A stretch of DNA of 64,000 nucleotides from Ginglymostoma cirratum (GCA_024137785.1 JAHRHZ010000012.1:42008966-42072965), one strand, 5' to 3'. Shown: positions 25,220 through 38,797, counted from the first letter of the stretch. Notes: generated by a model from the letters alone, not told the origin. Made by a program: numbers and translations.

Positions 25220-25339
25220 AGAACTGCTGTCAGTTTGTGTGAAGGTTTGATGATAAAATTGTTGGGCAATATATTATGGCATGCAGATCACACCCCTACC
25301 AAAAATTCACAAATTTTGACATTGTTTTTCTAGTGAGTC

Positions 25340-25683
25340 TTTTTTTAACTTCATGGGTGTCAATGGCAAGGCCAGCATTTATTGCCCATCCCTAGCTTCC
25401 CAAAGGGCAGCTAAGAATCATGCGCATTGTTATTGGTCCAGAGTCACATGTAGGCCAGAGCAGATAAGAACAGAATTTTCTTTCCTACAGGATGATAGTG
25501 AACTAAATGGGCTTTGCTGATAATTGACAATGGTTTCATGGTCATCATTAGACCGTTATTTCCAGATATTTATTACATTCATATTCCTTCACCTGACATG
25601 GCAGGATTCATATCCAGTCACTAGATTACCTAGGTAGCTGAATAATAGACGAGCAATAATATCACTAGTTCATTGTCCCACCT
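25340..25683 (-). mobile_element. tRNA-derived SINE (second shark family), decayed
   Basis: Minus strand has a decayed A/B-box head, the body ctggcctacatgtgactctggacc, and the tail gggatgggcaataaatgctggcc followed by an A-run. The same tail occurs at 57660-57810. Confidence 0.75.
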
Positions 25684-25692
25684 TGCAACAGC

Positions 25693-26300
25693 AAGTATTC
25701 ACATTTATATAGCACCTTTTAATATAATAAAGCTTCACAGAAGCACTTTAAACAAAGTTCGAAACTGAGTCACTAAGGGAGATACTAAAGTAGATGAAGA
25801 CAAATAGTAGCCAAATATATAGGTTTTGAGGAGCATCTTAAAATTGAAAAGAGAGATAGAGAGAGATAGGGAGGTATTGCAGAACACTAACCTTGGCAGC
25901 TGGAGTGAAATGATTGAAGTTAGGGATGCTGAAAAGACCAGAAATACAGAAGTGCGGATCTCTTAGAGATTCACGTCATTAAGGAGATTCCAGAAATAGA
26001 AAAGAGAGAAATCCATGGAGGAACTGAAAAAAAGAAACTTGAGAACTTTAAAATTGAGATGGGAACCGATATAGATCAAAGAGCACAGAAGTGGTGCTGG
26101 CAAATGAGACTAGGTTAATTTAAAAGGTCTGGTCAGCCTGGATGAGTTGGACCAAAGATTCTGTTTCTGTGCTGTACAACTCAATGACTGTATGATGAGT
26201 GAGTGGAACTTGATGTTAGTAACTACATGAACACTAGAGTTTAGAGATATACAATATGGCCGGCCGGCCTTCAGTACATTGGAATAGTTTGGGTTTGACT
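25693..26300 (-). mobile_element. L2 LINE 3' end with a nested CR1 tail (~26110-26195, plus strand)
   Basis: L2-type terminus aaaggtgctatataaatg on the minus strand (~25700-25718). The nested piece ggatgagttggaccaaag...ctgtgctgtacaactcaatgactgtatga is a CR1 3' end. Confidence 0.65.
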
Positions 26301-26459
26301 ATTCCAACACAGTCCTGAATGGTAACCCATGTTGTACACTCCATAACGTGACAAATGGAGTCAGAAAATAAACAAAAACAACAACCAATAAGAAAACTGC
26401 TGATGCTTCTTAATTTGTTAGTTAAGGTGTTCTGAATCTAAGACTTATAGACTCAAGTG

Positions 26460-26675
26460 TAGGTAGTACTGCTGTAGCGTGTGTTTCATTCACATGAACT
26501 GGCCATAAAGTGCTTGATGAATAGTGGGCGCGGTATGGATAATGCTAACTTTCTGCTATACAGGTATAGCGATTTCCCTATAAAGCAATTTTCTATGACG
26601 ATTTTCTATAGCGTGATTTTCTGTACCACAAGGTCACATAAGAACGCAACTATTGCGTTACAGGGGAACTACCTG
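26460..26675. mobile_element. Tc1/mariner (Tigger/pogo-like) MITE
   Basis: TIRs taggtagtactgctgtagcg and cgttacaggggaactacctg (reverse complement caggtagttcccctgtaacg; 15/20 match). Internal short tandem gcgattttctata-like units; 216 bp. Confidence 0.65.
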
Positions 26676-26724
26676 AAATAGCAAGCCAACAGAAAACATC
26701 ATGATTAAAACTAAAATAATCTTT

Positions 26725-28110
26725 AGAGGATATAGCAATAGACGTAGGCCATTCAGCCCCTCGAGCTTGCTGCAGCATTCAATGTGATCATGGCTGAGCT
26801 GTGGCCTAACTCCACTTACCTACCTTTGGCCTGTGTCTTTATTTCAAAAGGTACAACAGTTAGCAAAAAATAATAGAAGGAGGTAGTAGTTCTTTTAGGA
26901 ATAAAATGTTTCAAGGAGAACCATTCTCTGCATCCACTCTGTGAAGCCACTTAAGAATTTTATATGCTTCAATAAAGTATCCTTTCATTTTTCTAAACTC
27001 CAATGATTACAAGCCCAACCTGCTCAACTTCCTCACAAGAAAAGTCTTCTATTCCCAGTATCAACCTAGTGAACCATCTCTGGACTGCTAACAATGCCAC
27101 GATGTCTTTGCTTGGATAAGGGGACCAAATCAAGTATTCCACCTGTGGTTTGACGAGTGTTTTGGGCAGTTTTAGCAAGACTTCCCTATTTTTATACTCT
27201 ATTCCCTTGAAATACAAAACAAAATTGTCTTCCCTATTACTTGTTGAACTTGGATGCACACTTTATTTTGTGATTCATGCAAAGGACTCCGAAATCATTC
27301 TTGTGTTTCACTTTCTGCAGTGTCTCTCATTTTAAATAATATTCAGCTCCTTTATTCCTCCTGTCAAAGTACATAACCTTACATTCTCCCACATTTTATT
27401 CCATTGTCCAAGTTTTGCCCTCCCACTTAACTTATCCTTCTGGAGATTCTTGTGTCATCCTCATTTCTTGCTTTCCTACCTGTTTTTGTCTCATCTGCAA
27501 ACTTGTTGTACCTTCACTGTCCTCATCCAGGTCATTAATAGATATTGTAAATAATTCTTATCCTGGTGGCACTCTACTAGTTACAGGCTGTCATCCCGAA
27601 TATTCGATACTTCAACTGGTGAAGGCAAGCATGCTATATGCCTTCTTGACCAGCTTATCCACTTGTGTTGCCACCCTTGGGGATCTGTAGACCTGTACAC
27701 CTCGATCCATCTGTACATTGATGCCGCTAAGAGTTCTGCCATTCACTGTCCTTCCAAAAAGTCACATACCCCTGAAGAATTTTTTTCCCACCCTTGATCT
27801 CCTTACAAGCTTGTATCCTTAATGGTGAGAAGATCACATTCTTTAACCTCTATTTGTGCCACTTATTCCTTTACCTAGTTTGGAATACTATGTGCATTTA
27901 AGTAAAGACCCACAAATTTTGTCTTTTTACCATTTTTACTCCTTTGAGCATATTTGTTGCTGTGTATGTAAGATTAAAAAAGTCCTTTCCTGTCCCACTC
28001 TAGATATTATTGCCTAAAAAGATACCTTGGATTGCTGCTGTGTCCTTTTGCTTTGGAATCCAACATTTCCCCTCTCCGAACACTCCCCTCCACCATTTAG
28101 TTTAAATCCC
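26725..28110 (-). mobile_element. CR1 LINE fragments (3' tail, ORF2 C-terminus, and an ORF1/ORF2 junction remnant at ~27760-28110)
   Basis: Tail gtaggccattcagcccctcgagc. Minus strand reads KGIEYKNREVLLKL.KTLVKPQVEY..WSPY.SKDIVAL.AVQRWFTRLILG. tttaaactaaatggtggagggg on the minus strand near 28100 resembles the ORF1 end. Confidence 0.85.
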
Positions 28111-28449
28111 TGCGTATAATGTTTTCTTACAACGCAAACGTTTATGGGCATTCATCTAAACACAACCAATAGAGTCCTGTGTTTGTTGGCAAGTTAAGTT
28201 CATATTAAAACTGGGCTTGGCTTCAAAGTACTTCAAACATACTACTTAATGGTTTCAATTATATCAAAGTATTAAAAAAAAGTATGTTAGGAAGATATTA
28301 AAGCGCCAGAATTTTACTGGCTGCACATATAGCTATGCAGTCACTCACATCTGCATATCTACCTGTCACTGACCAAAGGAAATTTGTTCTTCAACCTGCA
28401 GCATTAGGAAGCCAGTTCAAAGCTGTACCATCCGTTCTAAAGTCTCAAC

Positions 28450-30678
28450 AACAAAATGAAACTGGATGGATCGCCTGGCATTGACCTCGGCACCACAAAG
28501 GACAATGGCCAAAACAGCCCTGCCGACCTAACAATGCCCTCCTTACTAATGTCTGGGGGTTAGTGTCAAAATTGAGATAGACCCAGCAATGGTGGCAGGA
28601 CAGTGGTACACATTCAGAACATTGATCCAGGCCCCATGAAGTCTCGTGGCTTTAGGTGGAACATGGGCAAGGAAACCTCCTACTGATTACCACTCCTCCA
28701 TGTGAACAACACTTGGAGGAAGCACTGAGGGTGACGAGGGCACAAAATATACTCTGGGTGGGGAATTTAAATGTCCACCAAAAGTCGCTCGGCAACAGCA
28801 CTTCTGATCAAGCTAGATGGGTCCTAAATGACATAGCTGCTAGACTGGGTCTGGGGAGATAGTAAAGTAACCAACAAGAGGGAAAGACATTCTTGACCCC
28901 ATCCTAACCAATCTGCCTGTTACAGACGCATCTGTCCATGGCAGTATGGGTAAGAGTTACCACTGTACAGTCCTTGTTGAGATGAAGTCCTACCTTCACA
29001 TTGAGAATATCTTCCATTGCGTTGTGTGGCATTTTCACCATGCTAAAAAGGACAGACTTTGAACAGATCTAGCAACTCAAGACTTGGCATCCATCAAATG
29101 CTGTGAGTCACCAACAGCGGCAGAATAGTACGCTGAAAATCTGCAATCTCATGACTTGGCATATCCCCTCAATCCCTACTATCAAGCCAAGGGATCAACC
29201 CTGGTTCAATGGAAAGTGTGGGAGTGCATGCTAGATGCAGCACCAGGCATACTTTAAACTGAGGTGCTGACCTGGTGAAGCTACAAAACAGGACTAGGTG
29301 CATGCCGAACAGCATCAGCAACACATGATAGACAGAGATAAGCGATCCCACAACCAATGGATCAGATCTAAGCTCTGCAGTTGTGCCACATCCAGTCATG
29401 AATTGTGGTGGACAATTAAACAACTCACTGGAGGAGGAGGCTCCACAAATATCCCCATCCTCAATGATGGAAGAGTCCAACACTTTGGTGCAAAAGATAA
29501 GGCTGACACACAAGCAACAATGATATGAAGAAATGGTTGGAGGCACTGGATACTGCAAAGGCTATGGCTCTTGACAACATTTCAGCAATAGTACTGAAGA
29601 CATATGTTCTAGAACTTGACATATCCCTAGCTGTTGCAGTACAGTTAAAATACTAGCATCTACCAGACAATGTGAAAAAAAATGCCCAGATAGATCTTAT
29701 ACACAAAAAGCAGGACAAATCCAACCCAGTCAGTTACCATCAGTCTATCCTTGGTTATCAGCAAAATGATGGAAGGCGTCATTAACCTTTTCAGTGATGC
29801 CCAGTTTGGGTTCCACCAGGGCCATTCAACTCCTGACCTCATTACAGCTTCGGTTCAAACATGGGCAAAAGAGCTGAATTCCAAAGGTGAGGTGACAATG
29901 ACAGTCCTTAACATCCAGTTTACATTCAACTGAGTGTAGCATCAAGGAGCCCTAGCAAAACTGGAGTTAATGGGAATCAGGAGGCAAACTGTGCACTAAT
30001 TGGAGTCATATCTGGCACGTAGGGAGATGGTCATAATTGTTGGATGTGTGTCATCTCAGATCTAGGACATCTCTGCAGGAGTTCATCAGGGTAGTGTCTT
30101 CGGCCCAAACATCTTCAGTTACTTCATCAATGACCTTCTCTCCATCATAAGGTCAGAAGTGGGGGACGTTCGCTGATGATTGCACAATGTTCAGCACCAT
30201 TCATGACTCCTCAGATACTGAAGCACTCCATGTTCAAATTCAGTAAGATCTGGACAAGTGGCAAGTAACATTCATGCTGCACAAATGGCCAGCAATGACC
30301 ATTTCAAATAAGAGACAATTTAACGAGCCCTTGAAATTTAGTGGTGTTACCATCACTGAATCCCTCACTCTCAAAATCCTTACCACTGACCAAAGACTCA
30401 AGTGGACTTGCCATATAAATACAGTGACTACAAGAGAAGGTCAGAGGCTGGGAATGCTTAAGTGAGGAACTCACCTCATGACACCCCAGTGTCTGTCCAA
30501 TACCTACATGGTATAAGTCAGGAGGCATGATGGAATACTCTCCACTTGCCTGGATGAGTGCAGCTCCAACAACACTCAAGAACCTTGACTTCATCCAGGA
30601 CAAAACAGCCCACTAGATTGGAACTGTCTCTCCTGCCTCCACCACCGACACTCAGTAGTACCAGTGTGTACTATCTAC
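28450..30678 (+). mobile_element. Long decayed LINE (CR1/Jockey group) with APE endonuclease and RT; many stops and frameshifts
   Basis: Endonuclease motifs WVGNLNVHQ, PTRGKDILD.ILTNL, S.H.TV; linker QPWFNG; RT motifs ISKMMEGVIN, DAQFGFHQGHSTPDL, QGSVFGP, FADD (ttcgctgatgat at 30169-30180). Confidence 0.92.
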
Positions 30679-30812
30679 AAAAGTACCAAAGTGCTGGGGA
30701 TGCTGGAAATCAGAAACAAAAACAGAAATTGCTGGAAAATCTCAGTAGGTCTGTCGGCACCTGTGGAGAGAAAGTGGAGTTAACATTTTAGATCCAATGA
30801 CCCTTCTTCAGA
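30679..30812 (-). mobile_element. PLE-derived short element (family B), single arm with tail
   Basis: Minus strand tCTGAAGAagggtcattggatctAAAAtgttaactcc...ttttgtttctgatttccagcatc, homologous to 25021-25219 and 62778-62927. It sits at the junction of two LINE fragments with no clear TSD. Confidence 0.8.
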
Positions 30813-31435
30813 CCCTTCTGGGTGAAAATGATTTTCCTCACATCTCCTCTAAACTTCCTGCCTCTTGACTTAAATCTATGCCCTCTGGTTATTGATCCTC
30901 CATCAATCATACCCCCTCTCAATCGACTTCATTCTGAGAAAAACACCCCCAGCCTGATCCATTTCTCTTCATAACTGAAACTCTCCAGCTAGGAAATATC
31001 CTGGTAAATCTCCCCAGCACTCACTCGAGCATTATCATATTCACTCTATACCGTGGATTCCAGAACCGCACACAATACTCTAGCTGTGACCGAACAAAAG
31101 TTTTATACAGTTTCAGCATAACCTCCCTGCTCTTAAACTCTATGCCCCGAATAATAAAGGCAAGTGTCCCAAATGCCTTCTTAACCTCTTTATCAACATT
31201 TCCTGCTACCTTAAGGGACTGGTGGACATTCACACCAAGGGCCCTCTGATCCTCAGTACTTTCCAGGGTCCTACCATTCAAACCATATTCCATTACACAA
31301 GAGTTGGTCCTGTCCAGTGCATTACCTTGCATTTACCAGATTGAATTTGCCACTGATCAGCCCATCAGACCAGCACATCTATATCCTCCGATAATCCCAC
31401 ACTAATTTTTGAATCATCTCCGAATTTACTGATCT
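30813..31435 (-). mobile_element. CR1 ORF2 C-terminal fragment
   Basis: ORF 31021..31332: YGLNGRTLESTEDQRALGVNVHQSLKVAGNVDKEVKKAFGTLAFIIRGIEFKSREVMLKLYKTFVRSQLEYCVRFWNP. Confidence 0.92.
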
Positions 31436-32325
31436 GGAGGATAAGATTTGAGAGCTGATGAAATTTGCTCAGTTTTTGGAGATGTCATGACCATGGATTA
31501 TAATCCCAGATCACCTGTGGGTCTCCAGAAATTTTCTTTCAAAAAGAAGCCACAGCCCTGAGGTGACTGCGGATGGAAATCCAGTGGTTGCCTGGAGAAG
31601 AATTTTGGGAATGTTGCCCATGTACAGAGTCAGGAAAGGATCAAAGGGAAGGATTAAAAAGGAAGTGATAGTGAGATGCTGACTCCCCAGCACATCCAGA
31701 CATGTTTGTGTTTTTACCCTGCCAGAATATACAAAAACAAGAGTTAAAAAGAAGCTGCTACACAAGTAAGTGTGTGTCTCAGAGGCCTGACATCCTATTG
31801 TTCAGATAAGTGTGCAATGAAGATCACAGTTTTGCAGACAACCAGTAAAAATCCCTGCACTGTAGGCAAAGAAAGGAAAATGATACTCAATTGACTGTTG
31901 CCAGACCAAAATAACTCAGGACAAAAAAAAAAATTAATCAGTCTTCAAAACCAACGTTCTCAAAATTGTGTTCACATACCAATGTCAATGTTACTGGCAA
32001 CATCTATTGTAATGGTTGTAGCATTCCACTCTTTATGAATAACTTTGAGAATGATACCTTTTAACATTTAACTTTTTTCTGGGCTCACTACTTATTCAAA
32101 ATCTGCATATAGATGTCGTATTATTATTTCCTCTAGCCCTTAATAACGAATATATACACTCTTCTGTTAACTTGTGAAAGCCTTGTTAAATTTTCTCCTT
32201 TTAAAACCTACATTTTTTTGGTCTTGAATAAAGACCACAAAGGAGAAGATCCATTTTAAATGAATCTTCTTGCAACTAATTGTGGGTGGGTGAATAAAGA
32301 TGAGAGTTAGTTCATCTTTCCTCAC

Positions 32326-32551
32326 CTGAAAGCTTATCAGAATGGGGCATCCTATCTGGAACTATAATGTGTTGGAGAACCTTGATTGTGGACTGACTGA
32401 ACAGAGGAATCTTACTGCTTCCATCTTCTCCTACTCCATCAGGATTTACTTGTAACAATATCCAGGACGGCCTCCCCAAGGCAGTCAAGGCCTGTATATT
32501 CAGATCTCCTCAAGTTCAGCTGTTTCCTTATTTTGCAAGTATATTGAGATG
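32326..32551 (-). other. Candidate non-coding exon (226 nt)
   Basis: Acceptor ttcttctccttacag|CATC and strong donor TCAG|gtgagg on the minus strand. All three frames are closed. Confidence 0.2.
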
Positions 32552-34823
32552 CTGTAAGGAGAAGAATTCTGTACAAATGACAGATGTGTGCACAATTTCA
32601 CATACAGACCATTTCACACTCATGGAAAGGCACATTGCCACCCATCAAAGTTGCTTGGATGCTGCACAGCTTTGTCAATCGGCCACAGAATCTGTCTGAG
32701 ATTTACATTTTTTTTTGTTCACTTTTGAAATGTTGCAAAATACATTTAATCTATCGTCAGCCTTTTTAAATAGATGAGATAATTATGATCCTGCATGATC
32801 ACTTGCCTTTAAATGGTTGCATCTCTTTAAAGGACTGCAGCCATTAATTCGAGGCTAATAATTCAAACAACTATCCACCTGCTTTGAGCAAAAGGCCAAT
32901 CTGGGCAGCAGATTATTACACAAAGCCAGTTAGGGCTGCACACAAGAAATCTCAAATTCAGCGTTGTGTTTGCACTGCTGGGCACTGAAACTTTTTATGC
33001 TATTAGTCCATGATCAAACTCTCCAACAGACATCCTTCACCTCTGATTGTGTTTCTCAATTACAAAAATACCTGATAATTTAAGGAAATAACTGTAACTA
33101 AAATGGCCAGTAATACCCAGAAATGCCTAATGGCATCCGCAATGAATTATATTGAAATTTCCTGAAAATTTTGAGCTTTTGTCAAGATAGTTATTGTAAA
33201 ACATCAGAACTGATTTTGGGGTACTGTTCTGCATATGATTCTATGATTTCCTGATTTCATGATTCAATGTTTCTTTGAAATTTACATTTCATTCAGAACT
33301 GGCAAAAAAACACAATGAGCTCTTACTTTTATACTGCAGTGAGCTACGCTAGCAAGAGACAGAGTGCCTTGGCAAAGGAATCATAGAGTTAATATGAAGC
33401 TTGTATCATAAAAAGAGGTATGCTACATATGCCCAAATTATTTCTATCTATTGCTGGCTGCTTTCAGGAAAACATTATCTACATTCAACCTAATCAGCTG
33501 TCATTAAAGGGACTGCTGGAGGTCATTACCACAAAGCTGAGATGGTTTAATAAGTGCTTGCCTAATTGTTGAACAGCAAGAAGCATATGTGTCCATGACC
33601 ACAAGAAATTTCTACTCATCCTTTTCCAAAATGTCCCTCCCATTCAATCACTTTCCTCCCTTTCTCTATTGCTCCCCCCTGCTCCCATCACTTCCCTCGC
33701 TGAAATGAGGTTCCGAGATCAATACTGGGTATGCCCCTGACCTATCTGTTCTGGTACAGAGTATACTGTCAGCAGGAATCCAACTTCTAACCCTTTGAAT
33801 TAATATTTAGTATTTTGTTCTCTCTTGTTGGATTCCTACGCTCTAGCAGTTCATAGCACTGTCAGTTAAAATCCAGATGATAGGAATTAAGGACCATGAG
33901 GATGCAAATTCCTGCTCTTCCTGGCTCCACATGAACTTAAAACAAAAAATGTGCTCTGTGGTTCAGCCACTTGTTAGTCTCCATCCATGCTTGGAAAGTC
34001 TAAGTCTGATGCCTGCTGTGCTCAGGAGAACTAATTTCCCTGAGGGGTTTGTGAGGAGCCCTTATTAGCATACACATAAGAGCATAGTGCCTGTTTAAGG
34101 TGGTTGCCTGGATACCTGAACTTCTTCCATGGCTAATTTGGGATTGGAAATTTTTCAAATATCCTTGGACTGCAAGATGCAACCCTGCACAATTATTCAT
34201 TTTTGCTGCCCATTTCCATCTGGAAAATGGTCACAACGACAACTAATTTGCATCACTTGCTGACAAAAATCATATGTTATGGCATAATTAAGGTAGGGTC
34301 AGTTTTAACTCAGTAATGGTCCAAAAATGAAAGCAAGTCTCTTACCATGAACTTACTCTGGCCTTCCAGATGCTAGAATCTTGAGATATTTGGGGAAGGC
34401 AGCTGGATTTTGACAAGAGACCATTTGTAAGATTCAAATTATGACTTAAATAGGATGCCAATTATAACTTGAAGTTAAACATGTGTGGAGTGTTTGCAAC
34501 AAACATACTTTTATTCGTTTATCAGCTGTAGAGCAATGAATCCACCAGCAGAGTTTAGGATGAACAGCTCTCCATTTCTATTGAATGAAGTTTGCCTGCA
34601 AATATGAGAATTGATCAGGCCTTGTGCCAATATCATTGAAGGGCGATATCCCCTTCCATTGCCAATCCAGTGTATACGAGATAAGAAAAGCAGCAAAGAT
34701 GTCTATCTGCCTGCTCTCATGGCTCTATTGAAAGAAGACCAGATTAGTTCTTCAGGTGCCTTTACCAACATTCATCCTATACCCAACAGATTAACTGATC
34801 ACTCCCTCATTCAGTTTGCAATT

Positions 34824-35005
34824 GAGGTATATCACATGTTAAAGAGGATTGACAATGTAGATATAGAGCCAACGTTTCCCCAACATGGCGCAATCTAGAA
34901 TGAAAGATCTTAGTTTCGACTGAGGGATAGCTGATTTAAAACAGAGATGAGGAGGAATTACTTCGCTCAAAGGGCCATGAACTACAGAATTCACTACCCC
35001 AAAGT
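34824..35005 (+). mobile_element. CR1 3' fragment
   Basis: IEVYHMLKRIDNVDIEPTFP...FKTEMRRNYFAQR...NSLPQ. Confidence 0.8.
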
Positions 35006-35934
35006 ATTTTGGATGGAAGGACACCTCAATGATATACCTCAATTGCAAAGTGAATGAGGTAATGATCAATTAATCAGCTACAGGGTTGCCTATATACAAT
35101 CATAACTGACTCTCCAGTTGGTAGAATGCAGAAGTGCACTCTATCCACAGGAGAAAGGTCTTTAATACACCTGAGTTTTTATTTTTTTCTTATATCTAGA
35201 AGCGTTATCACACACGATCAAAAGGCTTTTTGCCTATCACCATTGAATCACCTGTGTTTTCCAATTAATCAGGTTTTGTGCAATGCTCGGCAAGGGAAAT
35301 GCAGACAACCAAAGGGAAGGAACTCTTACACAATACTTTTCAATTGACTATTCTCTTTTGCCTTTTAAGGACAAGGCCCTATGATTAATCACTGCATTGT
35401 AAACATCGTAAGAGCCATACCAAATCCTGAAAAAAATTAAGTATATGTTTAAAACATTTATCATACACCATTGAAATATCTTTTAAATGTGCATGACACT
35501 GAAATCCAACTCCAAGAAGATGCAAACCAACACGCAGAGAGAATCAACTTGACATGTTTGTGCCTCAGGAGTCTTAGGAGCTTATGTTAGTTTGTGTCAC
35601 AGTGATGAGCTATATGTGATATGGAATATTAATTTTTAGTTTCATCAGCTGGTGAAAGGCTTTGGATTGTTTTTAAAATGGAAAGAACAACTTGAGCTGC
35701 TAGGAGTGCTTTAATATGGTTGCAAAAGTCACCTGGGCTACAAATTGGCCACATTTCTTGAAGCTTCTAAATTCTGTATTAACAGCAGACGTGCCTGGAC
35801 AGATATCTTGCAGAACTTCATGCATGTGATTGAAGCCACTGAAATAACTAACGATGATGAGCTACGACAAATTTCAGCTGCAGAAACTGCCAGGAACAAA
35901 GAAGGTCAACCAAAACCTGTTGTGCAAAGAGGGT

Positions 35935-37590
35935 TCTGAGAACCTCCTCTCTGTTTTGATGGCAGCTTCATAGTTTGATAATGGGAGATCAAAGCTTAAT
36001 CTTCTTAATAGAGATTCCATACAGTATGTGACAATAGCAAGTTAAGATGACCAAAACTGCACACAACATTCCACGTGATCTCTCCAAGATCCTATATAAT
36101 TGTAGCAGGGCATTCCTGCACCTTTACTCAAATCTTCTCACAATGAAGGCCAATATACCATTTGCCTTCTTTACTACCTGCTGCACTCACATGCTTACCT
36201 TCAGTGAGTGGTACACAAGAACATCTAGGTGTTGTTACACATTTCCCCCTCTCAATTTCTAGTTAGTCATTAAAAAACAATAATCTGGCTATCAATTTTT
36301 GCTACCAAAGTGGGTAAGCTCACATTTATCCATATTATGCTGCATCTGTCATGCGTTTGCCCACTCACTCAACACGTCCAAATCACATTGAAACACCTCT
36401 GCAGCCTCCTCAGAGCTCACACTTTCACCCAGCTTTGTGTCATCTGCAAATTTGAAGAGATTAGATTTAGTTTCCTCATCGAAGTCATTAACATACGTTG
36501 TGAATAATTGGGGTCCAGAACTGATCCTTGCAGTACCCTACTAGTCACTGCCTGTCATTCAATAAAAGACCTACTGTTTATTTCCTGTCAGCCAACCAGA
36601 CTCTTTTTCGTCTCAATACACAATCCCTAATCCCATGCACTTAAATTTCACACACATCCACTGGCTCACATCAACGCTACTAGTCACATCCTCAAAGAAT
36701 TCTAGTACATTTGTCAGCATGTTTTCTCTTTCATAAATCTATGCTGACCCTTTCCAATCCATTGTTTTCCAAGTGCAATGCTATTAAATCTTTATAATGG
36801 ATTCCATTTTTTCCCCACATTAGGCTGACTACTTAGAATTCCCAGTTTTCTCTCTGCCTCTGCTCTTAAATTGACAGTTACAGTAGTTACCCTCCAATTC
36901 GTAGAACTGCTCCAGAGTCTATACAATCTTGTGAGATGATCACCAATGTATCCATAATTTCTAGGGCCACTTCCTTAAGTACACTGGGATGTAGATTATC
37001 AAATGCTGGTGATTTATTTGCCTTCAATCTCATCTAGCTCCCCAACACTATTTCTTTATTTTTACTGATTTCCCACAGTATTTCCTTCACTCAACCCTGT
37101 GTTCCTCGATATTTCTGGCGTATTATTTGTGTCCTCCATGACCACCAAAGTGTGTATTAAGTTGGTCAGCCCTTTCTTTGATCCCCATTTTAAATTTCCC
37201 TGTTCTTGGCTTTAAGAGACTTACATTTGTCTTCACCAATCTTTTTGTCTTCTCGTACTTATAGAAATTCTTACGATCAGTTTTTATGTGGCTTACTCTA
37301 TTTTTCCTTCCTTAATCTATCCCTTTGCCCTCCTTCACTGAATTCTAAACTGCTCCCTCTACTTGGAATTTTTTTTTCTGGATAATTTGTATGCCTCTTC
37401 CTTGGATCTAATCTTCTCTAAATCTTCTTGTTAGTCATGGTTTGTCCACCTTTCCCGTTTTACTTTTGTTCTAGACAGGAATGAATAACTATCACAATTT
37501 ACCTGCGCACTGCTTCAATGTTTGCCATTGTTTTTCCACCAGCATCCCTTTAAAATTCCCAGTCCATCACAGCCAGCTCATGCTTCATAC
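35935..37590 (-). mobile_element. CR1 ORF2 fragment (~1.6 kb, decayed)
   Basis: Minus-strand RT motifs: tttgcagatgacaca (FADD, ~36437-36451), VLQGSVLDP, and VSMxVQQVVKKANGILAFIVRRFE. The upstream tether region reaches ~37590. Confidence 0.9.
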
Positions 37591-38269
37591 CATGTAGTGT
37601 GTCACTGCTTCCGCAATCAGAAACATCAGAGAGGTGTGAGTATTTGTAATAGCTTGTGTGGATAGGATGTAAGGACAATATTTGCATGGCTTAAGGTGAC
37701 CATAAGGCATGGGTGCGAAAGTGCAATCAGCTAAGGAATGTAGGTTATTTATATGGGGATGTGAGAAGCCGGCATATAAAGGGGTAAGAGGAGCTGCAGA
37801 GTATCTTGTTGTTCTGACAAGTGCTGAGCCAGAGAATGCTAGGGAAGTATAAGCATGGGCTTTCCTATCTGGTAGTGTTAAGCTACTCACTTTTCCAAAC
37901 ATTCTAAGATCCAGGATCCTTGTGATTACTGTCTTTAGCTCTGAGGGACCTGCTGACTTCCTCAATCAATTTCATTCCCTTCTGCTTGAATGGAGAGGAT
38001 GTCTTCTTCCTACCATCCTTGGGACAGATCACTTCATTCTTACTGCCTCTGACCCTTTAATCTCTTCTCTATTCCTGTCCTTGCTGCAGTTTTAAAATTC
38101 CAAGTACTGGTAAGCTCTTTGTGACCCATTTTGTGGTCCCTTTAGTTAGAAATCCATCCGAAAACCAGAATGGATATGTCTAACATTAGCATCGCAATGA
38201 TGCAGAAGTTAGTAGCAATGATGTGAAAAGAGGCAAATGCTGGCCAAAGGCATTGCATCACATGCGAAA

Positions 38270-38660
38270 CTTCAAAGGGAACTGTGGGAGGTGGAGATGA
38301 TCACTTCATCATCTGTAATGTAAGTATTACAATGGACTCTACTGAATGCAATGAATGATCGATGTGGGTCTGGAGTGGGCAAGGGCTCAAAGAGCAGCTG
38401 GGAAATCCCTTTTAGATGTAATATGTTGGTCATTCAGCCGGTGCAGCACCTTCACCAGATTGGAGCACATGTTACAACCAGGATCCTGTTAGGGCAAACA
38501 ATGGTGCTCCAGTATAGGCCAGTGTTAGTGTGGGCTGCACCATTCTAGTGCACTGTGCTCTGCACAATCAGAGCAGGCAACGAGGCAATGTGATAAGTGC
38601 TGAGGAACAGGAGCAACCTTCTGAGGTGGAGGAGGATAAGGACACTGGGGAGGAGCAAGC
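38270..38660 (+). mobile_element. Harbinger transposase C-terminal remnant
   Basis: LQYRP (ctccagtataggcca ~38508) followed by HCALHNQSRQRG (cf. HARBI1-type LQYSP...CCALHN...RG) and an acidic gaggag-rich stretch. Confidence 0.45.
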
Positions 38661-38670
38661 TGTCCTTGAC

Positions 38671-38797
38671 AATTTTTCTGGGTCTAGACCCGAAACGTAG
38701 CTTTCCTGCTCCTCTTATGCTGCTTGGTCAGCTGTGTTCATCCAGCTCTACACCTTGTTATCTCAGATTCTCCAGCATCGGTAGCTCCTACCATCTT
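38671..38797 (+). mobile_element. PLE-derived short element (family A), single arm with tail
   Basis: 10-bp TSD tgtccttgac (38661-38670 and 38798-38807). Core tttctg[deleted]ggtctagacccGAAACGT, followed by the family A body and the tail ctcagattctccagcatc. Confidence 0.88.
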
